DNA of 63,899 nt, the filler included, from Octopus bimaculoides (taxonomy: Eukaryota), in NCBI RefSeq assembly GCF_001194135.2. It is 4 parts of 3 records of this genome, joined end to end, with 100 filler letters (N's around TTAATTAATTAA, not from the genome) between each part and the next. Parts side by side here need not be neighbours in the genome. Positions count along the whole stretch, not along the records: positions 62,591 to 63,899 come from NW_026330240.1; 3 more parts are not named here. One strand, given 5' to 3'. Below the pieces are notes generated by a model. The model ran no database searches and was not told the DNA's origin. It was given only the letters and a program-made list of their open reading frames with translations. The position numbers and the translations under genes were made by a program. The first letter of the stretch is position 1. Each line of letters opens with the position of its first letter. Below, piece after piece: positions 62,591 to 63,899 of this stretch.

Positions 62591-63899
62591 ATGTGGCAGA
62601 TGCTCAGGAGCAATAAACACTGAAAATGTGCAGAGAACATTTCTGGGAGAAAAACTAGAAGTAGTTGATAGCTTCCGTTACCTAGGTGAGCAAGNNNNNN
62701 NNNNAACTAGAAGTAGTTGATAGCTTCCGTTACCTAGGTGAGCAAGTCAGTAGCGGTGGGTTGTAACTCTGAAAGTGTAGCTGCTAGAATAAGAATAGCC
62801 TGGGCAGGGTTCAAAGAGCTCCTACCTCTGTTGCTGACAAAGGGACTCTCACTCAGAGTAAAAGGTAGACTGTATGACACATGTGNNNNNNNNNNNNNNN
62901 NNNNNNNNNNNNNNNNNNNNNNNNNNNNNNNNNNNNNNNNNNNNNNNNNNNNNNNNNNNNNNNNNNNNNNNNNNNNNNNNNNNNNNNNNNNNNNNNNNNN
63001 NNNNNNNNNNNNNNNNNNNNNNNNNNNNNNNNNNNNNNNNNNNNNNNNNNNNNNNNNNNNNNNNNNGCATCAGATGTGGTGTGCAAGAGAGACGACTGCA
63101 CTGGTATGGCCATGTGGTGAGAATGGATGAAGATAGGTGTGTGAAAAGGTGTCACACCCTAGCGGTTGAGGGAACCTCTGGAAGAGGTAGTGAAGCACAC
63201 CTTTGAACATTAGGCCTCACCGAGGCAATGACTAGTGACCAAGACCTTNNNNNNNNNNNNNNNNNNNNNNNNNNNNNNNNNGCCAAGTGAGACCATAATC
63301 TAAGGCCTCTGCCAGGGGTGTAGCCAGCCCGCTTATGCATACCTTTCCTTTATCGGACACTGAACTCTGCGTGCGAAGACCTGTTGAGGCAAGTGAAATC
63401 GAAATCGAAATCGAAATCAAATTTGATGACAGTACCGCATGACTGGCATCCGTGCTAGTGGAGCACTAAGAGCACCATCCGAGCATGATCATTGCCAGAG
63501 CAGCTGATTGACTCCCATGCTGGTGGCACATATAAAGCACCATTCGAGTATGAACATTACCAGCGTCACTTTACTGGTACATGTGCTGGTGGTATGTGAA
63601 AAAATATATTCAAGCGAGGTNNNNNNNNNNNNNNNNNNNNNNGCTCCTGTGCAGGTGGCACATAAAAAACACCATTTGAGCATGGCTGTTGCTAGTGCCG
63701 CCTGACTAACCCTCGTGCTGGTGGCACGTAAAAGCACCCACTACACTCTCAGAGTGGTNNNNNNNNNNNNNNNNNNNNNNCTGTAGAAACTCTGCCAGAT
63801 CAGATTGGAGCTTGGTGCAGCCTTCTGGCTCGCCAGTCCTCAGTCAAATCGTCCAACCCAGGCCAGCATGGAATATGGACGTTAAACGATGATGATGAT
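62591..63899 (+). mobile_element. RTE-clade LINE 3' part with 3'UTR and (GAT)n tail
   Basis: EKLEVVDSFRYLG, ARIRIAWAGFKELLPLL..KGLSLRVKGRLYDTC, ERRLHWYGHVVRMDEDRCVK. The UTR has repeated GCTGGTGGCAC.TAAAA.CACC units and ends GGACGTTAAACGATGATGATGAT. Confidence 0.93.

Overview
AT-rich, microsatellite-dense eukaryotic genomic DNA. The SINE, RTE, Tx1, mariner and Penelope content looks like an octopod cephalopod (Octopus-like); this is my recognition, not a database result. Three 100-bp gaps (N44-TTAATTAATTAA-N44) are artificial scaffold joins, so the window is four pieces (1-11239, 11340-43334, 43435-62490, 62591-63899) whose adjacency and orientation are unproven. The only host gene I can reconstruct with confidence is a minus-strand Alba-family RNase P/MRP subunit gene (RPP25/RPP25L-like). 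It has six coding exons between 39774 and 36413, all GT-AG with consistent phases, giving 181 aa, plus a probable non-coding first exon near 42.1-42.2 kb. Most of the rest is transposon debris: a full-length but decayed Penelope-like element (1717-5909), an R4/Dong-type LINE end in a (TAA)n tract, Tx1/L1, CR1 and RTE LINE fragments, two Ty3/gypsy fragments, several mariner relics, Tc1/mariner/piggyBac MITEs and dozens of tRNA-derived SINEs. Best leads: (i) a cluster of fold-back elements in the RPP25 5' intron, (ii) a 5S-rRNA-derived sequence joined to a tRNA-SINE, (iii) hammerhead-ribozyme-like relics, and (iv) low-confidence spliced exons at 44.7-49.1 kb with HMG-box-like spacing. I did not find a convincing novel multi-gene system.
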